A DNA stretch of 64,000 nt, from positions 12,358-76,357 of the forward strand of contig DASSJI010000034.1 of the NCBI GenBank assembly GCA_035691285.1. The letters run 5' to 3'. Both the position numbers and the translations under genes were made by a program. This DNA is from Vicinamibacteria bacterium (GTDB lineage: Bacteria; Acidobacteriota; Vicinamibacteria; Fen-336). Below the pieces are notes generated by a model. It saw nothing but the letters and a program-made list of their open reading frames with translations, was not told the origin of the DNA and did not search any database. Of this stretch, positions 50,163-59,482 are shown one piece after another (position 1 is the stretch's first letter; each line of letters starts with the position of its first letter).

Positions 50163-50491
50163 GGCCTCCCCCGTCGAAGCTTGGCTGCGCTGGAGGTTAC
50201 CACGCCCCGGGAACCCGGGCGCGTCCCCCTGGTGTCCCAGGAGCAGGGCCTAAGATCCTGCCCTCGGGAGGCGTCTTGACCAGTGAGATGCCGGACACGG
50301 CGGCCGAGAGCCCGGACGACGCCTCCCTGCTGGCCCGGCTTCGACGGGAGCCAGCCCGCTGGCTTCCCACGGTCCTCGAGCGCTTCACGCCTCGGGGTGC
50401 GCGGCTTGCGGAGCCGAGGCCGACATCCGCCGGACGCTCAACCTGCTGCGCGAGCTCGACTGGCCGGCGTCCGGCTCTCCGCAGGGCGGGA

Positions 50492-51367
50492 CTAGCCCAG
50501 CCGCCGGCGCAGGGCCTGGATGAATCGGGGATCCGTGCCACAGCAGCCTCCCACGGCGGCGACGCCCAGGGCCGCGACCGCCGCCATGTCCTCCGCGAAG
50601 CGCTCGGGATCCTGCGCGTAGCGGACGCCGCCCTCGACCGTCGGCTGCGGCTGTCCGGCGTTGGGCTGCACGACGAGAGGCACGCTCAGGGTCGCGCGCG
50701 CCTCCGCGGCGAGGTCGCGCAGGTCGGGGCTGGCGAGGGTGCAGTTGGCGCCGACGGCGTCTGCGCCTGCCTCGACGAGCGCCTTGAGCGACGCGACGAG
50801 CGGGTCGCCCATCACGGTGAAGAAACCGCGCTTCTTGCGCTCGAAGGTCATGGAGACGAGGACGGGGAGGTGCGGGGCGACGGCCTTGAGCGACGCGAGG
50901 GCGACGCGGGCTTCACGCAGGTCGCTCATCGTCTCGACGTGGAGCGCGTCCGGGCCGGCCTCGGCCAGCGCGCGGCCCTGGCGCTCGAAGCCCGAGCGCC
51001 ACTCGGCCGCGTCGGCGCGACCCACCGGGGGCAGGTATTCGCCGCTCGGGCCCAGGTCGCCGATCACGAAGCGCGGGCTCGCGGCGCGGGCCAGGCGCAC
51101 GGCGGCGGCCTGGATCGCCTCGCAGCGGTCGAGGAGCCCGGCGCGGGCGAGGCGGGCCGGATGGCCGCCGAAGGTGTTCGTCTGGACGGCGTCGCTCCCG
51201 GCCTCCACGTAGGCGCGGTGGACCGCCGTCACTTCGTCGGGGCGGGCCTCGTTCCAGCTCTCGGGCGCCTGGCCCCGAGACAGACCCCGCGCGAGGATCA
51301 TCGAGCCGAGACCCCCGTCGAGCAGGAGCGTCAGCCCGCTCCGGAGGCGATCGAGGAACGGGCTCAT
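50492..51367 (-). CDS. homocysteine S-methyltransferase family protein
   Basis: ATG 51367 (MSPFLDRLRSGLTLLLDGGLGSMIL...); PF02574 pattern incl. C-terminal GGCCGTDP zinc-binding cysteines. Confidence 0.8.
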   Translation of the reverse strand: MSPFLDRLRSGLTLLLDGGLGSMILARGLSRGQAPESWNEARPDEVTAVHRAYVEAGSDAVQTNTFGGHPARLARAGLLDRCEAIQAAAVRLARAASPRFVIGDLGPSGEYLPPVGRADAAEWRSGFERQGRALAEAGPDALHVETMSDLREARVALASLKAVAPHLPVLVSMTFERKKRGFFTVMGDPLVASLKALVEAGADAVGANCTLASPDLRDLAAEARATLSVPLVVQPNAGQPQPTVEGGVRYAQDPERFAEDMAAVAALGVAAVGGCCGTDPRFIQALRRRLG

Positions 51368-52509
51368 GCGCGGCGGAACGGGAACGCGAGCTGACCGAGA
51401 TAGCCCTCGGGCACGGGGTCGCCGGCGATGCCGTAGCGGTCGGGCCACGCGCCGTCCGGGAGATACGCGGTTCCGAACAGCCGGTCCAGCCACGGCAGGT
51501 GAACGGCGAAGTTGCGGTCCCGCGCCTCGTCGGCAGCCGCGTGGTGCCAGTGGTGGAAGCGCGGCGTGACCAGCCAGGCCTCGAGGCCCCCGAAGGCGAA
51601 GCGCACGTTGGCATGGATGAAGACGGCGTGGAAGGAGACGAACACCAGGTAGGCGTAAAGCGCAGGCTCCGCGAAGCCGAGGAGCTGAAGCGGGACGAGC
51701 ACGAGGCCGCGGGTCACCACGGCGTCCACCACGTGGAGACGGGAGCCGGCCAGCCAGTCGAGGTCGCGGCTCGAGTGATGGATCGCGTGGAACCTCCAGA
51801 GCTGCGGCACCTGATGGAACGCGCGGTGCACCGCGTACTGGGCGAGGTCGGCGACGAGGACGGCGCACAGGAACTGCGCGACGAGCGGCAGCCCGCGCAC
51901 GACGGCGGCGAGCCCGGTGGGCTCCCAGAGGCGGGAAACCGCGACGGCGGGCAGCAAGATCAGGAACGACAGCACCTGTACGAGCAGATGGCTCATGAGG
52001 AAGTGGACCGTATCCGTGGTCCAGCCGAGGCGGAACGTGCCCTGCTCCGCACGGCGGGGAAAGAGGCGCTCAAGGGGCACGAACAGGAGCGCGAGGGCGA
52101 CGAGGTTCAGGAGGAACCAGTCGAGCCCGAGCGTGGGGCGGGACGACAGGCGCTCGGGCAGACCCACGCCGCCTCCGCCGAGGAGGGCGGCCAGGACCGA
52201 CAGCGCGGCGCCCGACATCCCCAGTACCTTGCGGCGCCGCAGCAGGAGACTGAGGCAGGCGCAGGCGAAGGCGAGCGCGATCACGGCCTGGATCAGCCCG
52301 CGCACGATGGGCAGCGGGTAGAGCGAGCGGAAGCGCGGCGTGCTCAGCCACTCCGGAAACCAGAGGACGAGGACAGAGAGCAGGCCGAGCGACCCCAGGA
52401 ACAGGCTGGCCGTACCGCTCAGCCAGCCGCTGCCGAGGCGCCCGGACTCCTGGTCGCCGAAGGCGCGCTCGAACCAGAGGTCGAGCGCCGGGCGCTGCGG
52501 GGGCAGCGG
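51364..52509 (-). CDS. sterol desaturase / fatty-acid hydroxylase superfamily membrane protein (start uncertain)
   Basis: His boxes HRAFH, HAIHHSS, HHWHH; hydrophobic TM segments upstream of M392 argue for start near 52509 (GGAGG SD after preA stop but no ATG/GTG; possible CTG) rather than the internal ATG. Confidence 0.65.
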   Translation of the reverse strand, partial: PLPPQRPALDLWFERAFGDQESGRLGSGWLSGTASLFLGSLGLLSVLVLWFPEWLSTPRFRSLYPLPIVRGLIQAVIALAFACACLSLLLRRRKVLGMSGAALSVLAALLGGGGVGLPERLSSRPTLGLDWFLLNLVALALLFVPLERLFPRRAEQGTFRLGWTTDTVHFLMSHLLVQVLSFLILLPAVAVSRLWEPTGLAAVVRGLPLVAQFLCAVLVADLAQYAVHRAFHQVPQLWRFHAIHHSSRDLDWLAGSRLHVVDAVVTRGLVLVPLQLLGFAEPALYAYLVFVSFHAVFIHANVRFAFGGLEAWLVTPRFHHWHHAAADEARDRNFAVHLPWLDRLFGTAYLPDGAWPDRYGIAGDPVPEGYLGQLAFPFRRA

Positions 52510-52523
52510 GGCCTGCCTCCTCG

Positions 52524-53645
52524 TTAGTCCTTCACCGGCGCCGCGTAGCCCTCGTGGACCTCGTAGCCGCCGGCGTACTCCTTGTCGTCGGGCCTGCGGA
52601 TCTGCGAGTGGGAGACGATGCGCTCGCGGCGGATGCCGCGGAAGCTTTCGAGCGTCGTCCAGCCCCGCGCCGCGTTCTTCTCGAGGAACTCGCGCATCCC
52701 GGCCACCAGCCGCTTGATCACGTTGGGGCCGACCGCGTGGTCGAGCATCGCCGCCGTGCACACCTGGACGGTCCCGCAGCCGAGCAGGAAGTAGTTGAGG
52801 GCATGGTTGAACTCGGAGATGCCGCCGATTCCCGAGAAGGCCTTCTCGGGGAACGCCTTGGTCATCTGGGCCATCTTGGCCAGGGACAGCGGCAGGATGG
52901 CGGGGCCGCCCAGGCCCCCCGAGGACACCAGGCCGTCCACGTTCATCTCGAACTCGAGGGTGTCGGGGTCGATGAGCGGAATCGAGGGGAAGGTGTTGGA
53001 CGACACCACGGCGTCGGCGCCGCCCGTGAACACCGCGCCGGCCTCGAGCACGATGTCGGACGTGGCTGGCGTGAGCTTGGCCCACACCGGCACCCTGGCC
53101 ACGTCCTTCACGACCTTGGTCACGAACGAGCAGAGCTGCTGGTCCTTGCCGATGTTCGAGCCCATGTCCTCGCGGTCCATGTGGGGGCAGGACAGGTTCA
53201 GCTCCAGCCCGTCGGCCCCGGCCTCCTGGCAGCCACGGGCGAGGGTGCGCCAGTTGTCCAGCTCGCGGTCGGAGCCCGAGCCCGCCATGATCGACGCGAT
53301 CAGCACCCGATCCGGGAAGGCCTCCTTGATGCGCTCGATGCGCGGCAGCCACCAGTCGAGGGGCTTGTCGGAGATGAGCTCCCAGTTCCACGACGCGACC
53401 AGCTCCCCCTCACGCCCCTTGTTCATCGAGTAGGCGCCGTTCGGGTAGTGGCGCAGGAACTTGGTCTTGGGCCCCGCGACGTTCACGACCGGATGCAGGC
53501 CGATGGTCTTGGTGACGACGCCGCCCCAGCCCGCGTCGAACGCCCGCAGTATGTTGCTCTCCGACTCCGTGGGGGGCGCCGAGGAGAGCAGGAACGGATT
53601 CTGGAAGCGGATGCCCGTGAACGTGACCGAGAGATCGATCGCCAT
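52524..53645 (-). CDS. preA: dihydropyrimidine/dihydroorotate dehydrogenase family (PreA-like, FMN TIM barrel)
   Basis: ATG 53645 (MAIDLSVTFTGIRFQNPFLLSSAPP...); DHOD family motifs NLSCPH, GGISE; 373 aa. Confidence 0.8.
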   Translation of the reverse strand: MAIDLSVTFTGIRFQNPFLLSSAPPTESESNILRAFDAGWGGVVTKTIGLHPVVNVAGPKTKFLRHYPNGAYSMNKGREGELVASWNWELISDKPLDWWLPRIERIKEAFPDRVLIASIMAGSGSDRELDNWRTLARGCQEAGADGLELNLSCPHMDREDMGSNIGKDQQLCSFVTKVVKDVARVPVWAKLTPATSDIVLEAGAVFTGGADAVVSSNTFPSIPLIDPDTLEFEMNVDGLVSSGGLGGPAILPLSLAKMAQMTKAFPEKAFSGIGGISEFNHALNYFLLGCGTVQVCTAAMLDHAVGPNVIKRLVAGMREFLEKNAARGWTTLESFRGIRRERIVSHSQIRRPDDKEYAGGYEVHEGYAAPVKD

Positions 53646-53656
53646 GCGTCCTCCGT

Positions 53657-54949
53657 CTAAGCTTTGCTCGCAGCCCCGAGGGCTGCGTCGATCGCGTCGG
53701 CGGCCTGGTCGGCGTCGGCCGCGGTCACGTTGAGCGGCGGCGAGATGCGCAGCACGTTCCCGAGCAGGCCACCCTTGCCGATGATAACGCCGCGGTCCTT
53801 GGCCGCCTCCATCACGGCGGCCGTGGCCTCTGGCGCGGGCTCCTTCGTCTTCCGATCCTTGACCAGCTCGACGCCCTGCATCAGGCCCATGCCACGGACC
53901 TCGCCGACGAGGGCGTGCTTCTCGGCGAGGGCGTCGAGGCGCTCTCGGAAGTGCGCGCCCACGGTCGCCGCGTTGTCCATCAGGCGGTCCTGGGCGATCA
54001 CGTCCACGACGGCCTTGCAGGCCGCCATGCTCACCGGGTTGCCGCCGAAGGTCGCGATCGTCGAGCCCCTGAACGAGTCGGCCACGGCGGCCTTCGCCAG
54101 GGTCATGCCGATGGGATGGCCGTTGCCGAGGCTCTTGGCGCCGACGACTAGATCGGGCTTCACGCCGTACTGCTCGATCCCGAACCACTTGCCGCCGGTG
54201 CGGCCCCAGCCGGTCTGCACCTCGTCGGCGATGTAAAGACCCTCGTGGCGGCGCACGATGTCGGCCACGATGCCGGGGTACTCCCTGGGCGGGGTGATGA
54301 ACCCGCCGACGCCCATGATCGGCTCAGCGATGAACGCCGCCGGCCGGCCCGAGGTCGTGGTCTTGATCACGTCCTCGACGTCGCTCGCACACGCGACGCC
54401 GCAGCTCGGGTACTCGAGCCTGAGCGGGCAGCGGTAGCAGTAGGGCGCCACCGCGTGGCGGATCTGCGGGTCGTGGACGCCGCCCAGACGCCAGCCGGCA
54501 TGGGCGGTGAGCGACATCGACAGCATCGAGCGTCCGTGGTAGCCGTGGCGCAGGGCGATGATCTCCGTGCGCTGCGTGTGGAGGCGCGCGGAGAGGATCG
54601 CCGTCTCGATGGCCTCGGTGCCGCTGTTGGTGAAGAAGGCCTTGGCCGGCTTCTCGCCGGGGAACAGGCTGCAGAGGGTCTCGGCCAGCTCGACGATGGG
54701 GATGGTCGGGAACAGGGTCGAGACGTGCTGGAGCGTCCTCGCCTGCTTCTCGATGGCGGCCACGACGCGGGGCTCGCAGTGGCCGAGGCTGACGGTGACG
54801 ATGCCGCCGAAGAAGTCGAGGTACTTCTTCCCGTCGGCGTCGAACAGGAACTTCCCCTCGCCCCGAACCATCGGCAGAGGCTCGGAGTAGTAGGTGGTGA
54901 GGCCGTAGAGGTATTGACGGAACTTCGCGACGATCTCGGTCTTGTTCAA
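53657..54949 (-). CDS. class III aminotransferase (beta-alanine/omega-amino acid-pyruvate type)
   Basis: Likely TTG start ~54949 (MNKTEIVAKF...); PLP lysine region and AT-III fingerprint (FFTNSGTEAIETA, ADEVQTGWGRTG); first 355 aa of track ORF artefact. Confidence 0.85.
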   Translation of the reverse strand: MNKTEIVAKFRQYLYGLTTYYSEPLPMVRGEGKFLFDADGKKYLDFFGGIVTVSLGHCEPRVVAAIEKQARTLQHVSTLFPTIPIVELAETLCSLFPGEKPAKAFFTNSGTEAIETAILSARLHTQRTEIIALRHGYHGRSMLSMSLTAHAGWRLGGVHDPQIRHAVAPYCYRCPLRLEYPSCGVACASDVEDVIKTTTSGRPAAFIAEPIMGVGGFITPPREYPGIVADIVRRHEGLYIADEVQTGWGRTGGKWFGIEQYGVKPDLVVGAKSLGNGHPIGMTLAKAAVADSFRGSTIATFGGNPVSMAACKAVVDVIAQDRLMDNAATVGAHFRERLDALAEKHALVGEVRGMGLMQGVELVKDRKTKEPAPEATAAVMEAAKDRGVIIGKGGLLGNVLRISPPLNVTAADADQAADAIDAALGAASKA

Positions 54950-55815
54950 GGCTGCACCAGGGGACCGTACTGATCCGGCCGACGGTCGCGGAAGAACTGC
55001 CACACGGCGCGGACCTCGTCGATGAGATCCAGGTTGAGATCGGCCACGACCACCGCGTCCCGATCGCGCGGGCCCTCGGCCAGGAACTTGCCGCGCGGGT
55101 CGCAGAAGTAGCTCTGGCCATAGAACTCGCCGATCTTCCAGGGCTTCTCCCAGCCGACGCGGTTGATGGCCCCGACGAAGTATCCGTTGGCAACCGCGTG
55201 GGCCGGCTGCTCGAGCCTCCAGAGGTACTCGCTGAGCCCGGCGACGGTGGCCGAGGGGTTGAAGACGATCTCGGCTCCGTTGAGGCCCAGGGCCCGGGCG
55301 CCCTCGGGGAAGTGGCGGTCGTAGCAGATGTAGATCCCGACCTTCGCGACCTGCGTCTCGAACACGGGATAGCCGAGGTTGCCGGGGCGGAAGTAGAACT
55401 TCTCCCAGAAGCCCGGCTTGCAGTGAGGAATGTGGGTCTTGCGGTACTTGCCGAGGTACTTGCCGTCGGCGTCGATCATCGCGGCGGTGTTGTAGTAGAT
55501 CCCGGCCTGCTCCTCTTCGTAGACCGGGACGACCATGGCCATTCCGTGCTTCCTCGCGAGCTTGCGCATCAGGGTCACGGTGGGCCCGTCGGGCACGCGC
55601 TCGGTCAGCTCGTACCAGCGCGTCTCCTGCTCGGCGCAGAAGTACGGCCCGTAGAACAGCTCCTGCAGGCACAGGATCTTCACCCTCTGCCGCGCGGCCT
55701 GCTCGATGAGCCTCAGGTGCTTGTCGAGCATGGCCTTCTTGATGGCCGGCAGGCCGGCCTCGGGGCCTTTGGGGTTGCTGGCCTGGATCAGGCCGCAGCG
55801 CACGACGCGGGGCAT
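54946..55815 (-). CDS. beta-ureidopropionase / N-carbamoyl-amino-acid hydrolase (nitrilase/CN-hydrolase superfamily)
   Basis: GGAGG SD then ATG 55815 (MPRVVRCGLIQ...); catalytic E-K-C triad context (ICYDRHFPE); 4-nt overlap with aminotransferase. Confidence 0.8.
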   Translation of the reverse strand: MPRVVRCGLIQASNPKGPEAGLPAIKKAMLDKHLRLIEQAARQRVKILCLQELFYGPYFCAEQETRWYELTERVPDGPTVTLMRKLARKHGMAMVVPVYEEEQAGIYYNTAAMIDADGKYLGKYRKTHIPHCKPGFWEKFYFRPGNLGYPVFETQVAKVGIYICYDRHFPEGARALGLNGAEIVFNPSATVAGLSEYLWRLEQPAHAVANGYFVGAINRVGWEKPWKIGEFYGQSYFCDPRGKFLAEGPRDRDAVVVADLNLDLIDEVRAVWQFFRDRRPDQYGPLVQP

Positions 55816-55916
55816 CACGCCTCCTTGGCTCTTCCCGTGACGAGGCGATGACCGTACGCTTCCCATTCGTGCGAGTCAAGGACGCCGGAGTGGGCCAGGA
55901 TCGAGGGACTCGCGTC

Positions 55917-56504
55917 ATGCGGGCCGCGTTCGGCTTCCGATCACACTCGGGCTTTGCGACACTCGTGGTCGCCACGGGCTCGCTAGCGAAGGGCCAGGTG
56001 CTCGAGCGGCGCCGCATCGAGCTCGTCGCTGCCGGCGTCCCGCGCCAGCCCTATCACGAGGCGCAGCCCCTGCCCTTCGCGGCGGCCGAGGCCCTCGTCG
56101 GCCGAGCCCGCGCGGAGGCCCTGCGCGCAGCCCAGGTGGCCGTCGCTGCGGCGCTCGAGGACGCCCGCAACCGCGGCCTGCTGGTCCAGAGAGCCGGCCT
56201 GCTCGTGGGCTCGGGGAAGCGACTGCCGCCCCTCGACAAGATCCTGGCCTCGCACGCGCTGATCCACGCCGCCGAGGGCGAGCTCTACCGGGAGGTCCTC
56301 CGCGGTGCCTGCGAGGCGGCGGGGCTTCGGGTGGCCCCCGTTCCCGAGAAGGAGGTGCGAGCGCGCGGTGCCGAGCTCCTCGGGGGCAAGGATGCGCTCG
56401 AGCGGCGCCTCGTCGCGCTGGGCCGCGAGCTGGGCGCGCCGTGGCGCGAGGACGAGAAGCACGCCGCGCTCGCGGCCTGGATGGCCGCAGGTAGTGGTCG
56501 CTGA
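55917..56504 (+). CDS. hypothetical protein
   Basis: ATG 55917 within track ORF 55848..56504; typical codon usage, no recognised motif; divergent from catabolic cluster. Confidence 0.4.
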   Translation: MRAAFGFRSHSGFATLVVATGSLAKGQVLERRRIELVAAGVPRQPYHEAQPLPFAAAEALVGRARAEALRAAQVAVAAALEDARNRGLLVQRAGLLVGSGKRLPPLDKILASHALIHAAEGELYREVLRGACEAAGLRVAPVPEKEVRARGAELLGGKDALERRLVALGRELGAPWREDEKHAALAAWMAAGSGR

Positions 56505-56634
56505 GGTCGAACGGCAAGGCTGGAGGTGTTACCTTCCGTAGTGGTGCCAGGGCGAGTTGCGACCCGGTCTTTGCCCCATCCAGGAGCGTGTGGTAGGCTC
56601 CGCGGTCGTCTGGACCTCGTCCCTTGAAGCCCTG

Positions 56635-56868
56635 AGCGTGTCTCCGCAGAAGAAGGGAGATGCCTCGGATTGGGTCCGCGTCCTGCGGGAGGCGGCTCCA
56701 TACCTGAGCCTGGGAACGAGCCTGGCCGTAACCGTGCTTCTGGGCGTGGGCCTGGGATACTGGGCGGACCGGAGGCTCGGGACACGGCCGTGGCTGTTCC
56801 TGCTCGGAGCGGCTGCGGGCCTGGTCCTGGCGCTCTATCAGTTCTTCAAGACGGTGAGCCGGCGGTGA
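56635..56868 (+). CDS. atpZ: AtpZ-like small membrane protein (putative F0F1 ATP synthase-associated)
   Basis: C-terminal 75 aa (DWVRVLREAAPYLSLGTSLAVTVLLGVGLGYWADRRLGTRPWLFLLGAAAGLVLALYQFF) matches AtpZ/PF09527 pattern; start codon uncertain (GTG ~56635 or ATG 56557). Confidence 0.5.
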   Translation, partial: SVSPQKKGDASDWVRVLREAAPYLSLGTSLAVTVLLGVGLGYWADRRLGTRPWLFLLGAAAGLVLALYQFFKTVSRR

Positions 56869-57248
56869 GTTTCCTGAGCTACGCGACGGTCGTGACCGCG
56901 ACGGTGCTCCTGTCCTGCGCCCTCGTGTTCCTGGCCGGGGGTGCCTTGCCCGAAGGGTCTCTGCCGGCGTTCGCGTTCGGCGCGGCGGTCGCGGGCCTCA
57001 ACGCCCTGGCGTCGATGGGCCTGCTCGAGTGGACGCGCGGCCGCTCCCACGTGGCGTTCATGCGGGCGCTGCTCGGCGGGATGGTGGGCCGGTTGGCCGC
57101 GATGCTGGGCGGAGTGGCCTTCGGCCTGCTGGCGCTCGACCTGCCCCGGACGCCACTCTTGATCGGCCTGCTCGGGCACTTCGTCCTGTTCCTGGCCCTG
57201 GAGCTCGGGATCGTGCATCGCGGCTTCAAGCCCGCGGGGGCGCGGTGA
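56865..57248 (+). CDS. atpI: ATP synthase protein I-like membrane protein
   Basis: GTG overlaps previous stop (GTGA); 4 hydrophobic helices; position directly upstream of atpB. Confidence 0.55.
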   Translation: MSFLSYATVVTATVLLSCALVFLAGGALPEGSLPAFAFGAAVAGLNALASMGLLEWTRGRSHVAFMRALLGGMVGRLAAMLGGVAFGLLALDLPRTPLLIGLLGHFVLFLALELGIVHRGFKPAGAR

Positions 57249-58063
57249 GCGGCCTCGCCCCGGCGCTCCTGCTCCTGGCCCAGGGCCCGACCCACGAGGC
57301 GAGCCCGGCCGCCGAGCACGGGCCAGCCGAGGTCCTGATGCACCACGTGCTCGACGGGCCCATCTTCGGCCTGCCCTCGAAGCATCTCGGCTTCTTCCTG
57401 GTCGCGGCCGCCGTGGTGATCCTGCTGGCGCGCCTGGCCGTGCGCAGCTACGACCCGAAGCGCCGGCCGAAGGGGCTCGGCACCGTGGTCGAGACCTTCG
57501 TCGTGTTCATCCGCGACGACATCGCCGAGGCCAACATCGGCCATGACGGCCACCGCTTCGTGCCGCTCCTGTGCAGCTTCTTCTTCTTCATCCTGGTGGC
57601 GGCGCTGCTCGGCCTGCTGCCCTTCTCGGCCACCTCGACGGGCAACATCGCCGTGACGATGGGCCTCGCCCTCGTGTCCTTCATCGCGCAGCAGTACGCG
57701 GGGATCTCGAAGTACGGGATCTTCGGCCACTTCAAGAACCTGGTGCCCCACGGGCTGCCCGTCGCGCTGCTGCCGATCATGATCCCGGTCGAGATCCTGT
57801 CGATGTTCACGAAGCCCTTCGCGCTCATGGTCCGGCTCTTCGCGAACATGCTGGCGGGCCACATGGTGATCGCCGCGCTCTTGATGCTGATCCCGCTCAT
57901 GGCCCAGATCAGCGCGGCCTTCGGCATCCTGATCGCGCCGGTGTCGGTGGGCCTGGCCCTGTTCATCATGCTGCTGGAGCTCCTGGTGGCGCTGATCCAG
58001 GCCTACATCTTCACGCTGCTCACGGCCATCTTCATCGGGATGTACGCACATCCCGCCCATTAG
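57245..58063 (+). CDS. atpB: F0F1 ATP synthase subunit a
   Basis: GTG overlaps previous stop; conserved MVRLFANMLAGHMV (essential Arg) and C-terminal helices. Confidence 0.9.
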   Translation: MSGLAPALLLLAQGPTHEASPAAEHGPAEVLMHHVLDGPIFGLPSKHLGFFLVAAAVVILLARLAVRSYDPKRRPKGLGTVVETFVVFIRDDIAEANIGHDGHRFVPLLCSFFFFILVAALLGLLPFSATSTGNIAVTMGLALVSFIAQQYAGISKYGIFGHFKNLVPHGLPVALLPIMIPVEILSMFTKPFALMVRLFANMLAGHMVIAALLMLIPLMAQISAAFGILIAPVSVGLALFIMLLELLVALIQAYIFTLLTAIFIGMYAHPAH

Positions 58064-58091
58064 CGATAGAGTTACAGGAGGAAGGAACCCC

Positions 58092-58319
58092 ATGGACCCC
58101 AAGGCTCTGGCGTACTTCGCCGCCGGCATCGGCGCCGGCCTCACGATCATGGGCGGCGCGGCCGGCATCGGCCGCCTCGCGGCCTCGGCGATGGAAGGCA
58201 TCGCTCGCCAGCCCAACGCCGCGGGCGACATCCGCGGCGCGATGATCGTGGCGGCCGGTCTCATCGAAGGCGTCACGTTCTTCGCGCTGATCGTGACGAT
58301 CCTGCTCGCGATCAAGTAG
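58092..58319 (+). CDS. atpE: F0F1 ATP synthase subunit c
   Basis: 75 aa hairpin proteolipid, GIARQPNA loop, conserved carboxylate in helix 2 (GLIEGVTFFALIV). Confidence 0.9.
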   Translation: MDPKALAYFAAGIGAGLTIMGGAAGIGRLAASAMEGIARQPNAAGDIRGAMIVAAGLIEGVTFFALIVTILLAIK

Positions 58320-58323
58320 GGCC

Positions 58324-58857
58324 ATGCCGCAGATTCCCCTCGCCGGCGCGCTGCTCGCCGCCGGCGGGCTGACCGACATCAACTTCGTCCTGACCGTGGC
58401 GACGATCGTGCTGTTCGCGATCTTCGCCCTCGTGCTGGCGAAGTTCGCCTGGGGCCCGCTCCTGAGGCTGATCGAGGAGCGCGAGAAGGGCATCAAGGAC
58501 GCGGTGGAGGGGGCCGAGAAGGCCTCGGCCGAGGCCAAGGAGCTTCTCGAGAAGCACAAGGAGATGCTGCGCGAGGCCGGCCGCGAGCGCGAAGAGATCA
58601 TCAAGAAGGCGCTCAAGGAGGCCGAGACGCTGAAGGTCGACCTGCAGACGAAGGCCCGCGCCGAGTCCGAGGCCATGATCGGCCGCGCCAAGGAGCAGGT
58701 CGCGAGAGAGAAGGAACTCGCGATCCTGGAGCTGCGCGGGCAGGTCGCCGACCTCGCTATCGAGGCCGCCTCACGCATCGTGAAGTCGTCGCTGACGCCG
58801 GAGGCCCAGAAGCAGCTCGTGGACGACTTCATCCGGGACCTGCCCAAGGCACATTAG
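58324..58857 (+). CDS. atpF: F0F1 ATP synthase subunit b
   Basis: N-terminal TM then long charged coiled coil (EEREKGIKDAVEGAEKASAEAKELLEKHKEML...). Confidence 0.85.
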   Translation: MPQIPLAGALLAAGGLTDINFVLTVATIVLFAIFALVLAKFAWGPLLRLIEEREKGIKDAVEGAEKASAEAKELLEKHKEMLREAGREREEIIKKALKEAETLKVDLQTKARAESEAMIGRAKEQVAREKELAILELRGQVADLAIEAASRIVKSSLTPEAQKQLVDDFIRDLPKAH

Positions 58858-58888
58858 GCCGTAACACGCCACCGGAGTTGGCTGGGCC

Positions 58889-59476
58889 GTGACGCCCCGG
58901 TTCTTCCCCACGCCGGCCAGGTGGCGCGCGTGGCTCCTGGCGCATCACGCGGACCGCAGCGAGCTGTGGGTCGGGTTCTACAAGCGCGCTTCGGGGCGGC
59001 CCAGCATCACCTGGCCGGAATCGGTCGACCAGGCGCTGTGCTTCGGCTGGATCGACGGCGTGCGCAAGAGCCTCGACGCGAAGAGCTACGTCATCCGCTT
59101 CACGCCCCGACGGCCCGGAAGCGTCTGGAGCGACGTCAATACGCGGCGGGTGAAGCAGCTCATCGCCCAGGGCCTCGTCCACGAGGCCGGGCTCGCGGCC
59201 TTCCGCCGGCGAGAGGACAGCAAGGCCTCGCGCTACTCCTTCGAGCAGCGGCGGCGCCCGAAGCTTCCGCCGGCGCTGCTGAAGCGGTTCAAGGCCGATG
59301 GCAGGGCGTGGACGTTCTTCCGCCGGCAGCCGCCGGGCTACCAGAGGCTCGCGACCTGGTGGATCGTGAGCGCCAAGAAGGACGAGACCCGCTCGAAGCG
59401 ACTCGAGATCCTGATCGCAGACTCTCGGGCCGGGCGCCGCCTCGGGCCGCTGCAGCGCAAGACCGCCGCCGGCTGA
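58889..59476 (+). CDS. YdeI/OmpD-associated family-like hypothetical protein
   Basis: 195 aa, basic; recalled similarity pattern to YdeI/DUF1801-type proteins; low confidence in family. Confidence 0.4.
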   Translation: MTPRFFPTPARWRAWLLAHHADRSELWVGFYKRASGRPSITWPESVDQALCFGWIDGVRKSLDAKSYVIRFTPRRPGSVWSDVNTRRVKQLIAQGLVHEAGLAAFRRREDSKASRYSFEQRRRPKLPPALLKRFKADGRAWTFFRRQPPGYQRLATWWIVSAKKDETRSKRLEILIADSRAGRRLGPLQRKTAAG

Positions 59477-59482
59477 CGGCGT

